Origin: Candidatus Anstonellaceae archaeon
GTDB lineage: Archaea > Micrarchaeota > Micrarchaeia > Anstonellales > Anstonellaceae
Reading direction: 5' to 3'
Length of the DNA stretch: 64,000 nucleotides
NCBI GenBank assembly: GCA_038891035.1
Contig: JAWAEW010000006.1
Location: 2,221-66,220 of the forward strand
Below the pieces are notes generated by a model. It searched no databases, was not told where the DNA came from, and saw only the letters and a program-made list of their open reading frames with translations. The position numbers and the translations under genes were made by a program. How positions within the stretch are numbered: position 1 is the first letter of the stretch; the number at the start of each line of letters is the position of its first letter. Below, piece by piece: positions 64,000 through 64,000 of the stretch.

Positions 64000-64000
64000 T

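Noticed and set aside
1-64000. CRISPR arrays, IS elements, integrases, toxin-antitoxin pairs
   Set aside because: No regularly spaced direct repeats, no transposase/integrase-like ORFs and no small paired ORFs with TA-like features were seen. The window looks like core chromosome.

Overview
This window reads as a dense, two-strand archaeal chromosomal segment of about 40% GC. I see no CRISPR array, transposase, integrase or rRNA gene. Archaeal hallmarks include a Leu tRNA with an intron, Orc1/Cdc6, family-B DNA polymerase, Rpo7/Spt4, ribosomal protein S26e, GatD/GatE, SRP54, split GMP synthase, PyrBI, RNase Z, PheS, Pus10 and a RecJ/GAN-like nuclease. Ether-lipid genes (GGGP synthase, geranylgeranyl reductase) sit beside SepF, Mtq2, thymidylate kinase and a complete sufCBD-sufS-sufU operon. 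Two glycolytic genes look bacterial in type: a type I GAPDH and a PPi-dependent phosphofructokinase.
The most interesting content is a dispersed type-IV-pilus or surface-adhesion toolkit. It comprises a putative major pilin, an operon of four pilin-like genes followed by a surface protein, a distant prepilin peptidase and an atypical 774-aa VirB11/FlaI-family ATPase. At least five secreted proteins share one plan: signal peptide, then a C-terminal transmembrane anchor with a basic tail. One of them is a 1345-aa coiled-coil giant.
Several small proteins fit no described family. These are a triple excisionase-type HTH repeat protein, a 71-aa lysine-rich tandem-repeat protein and a VirB2/TrbC-like small membrane protein.
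Many start codons are ambiguous because the ORF track includes GTG/TTG starts (e.g. sufB at 20427 begins with GTG); coordinates below give my preferred start where I could justify one.
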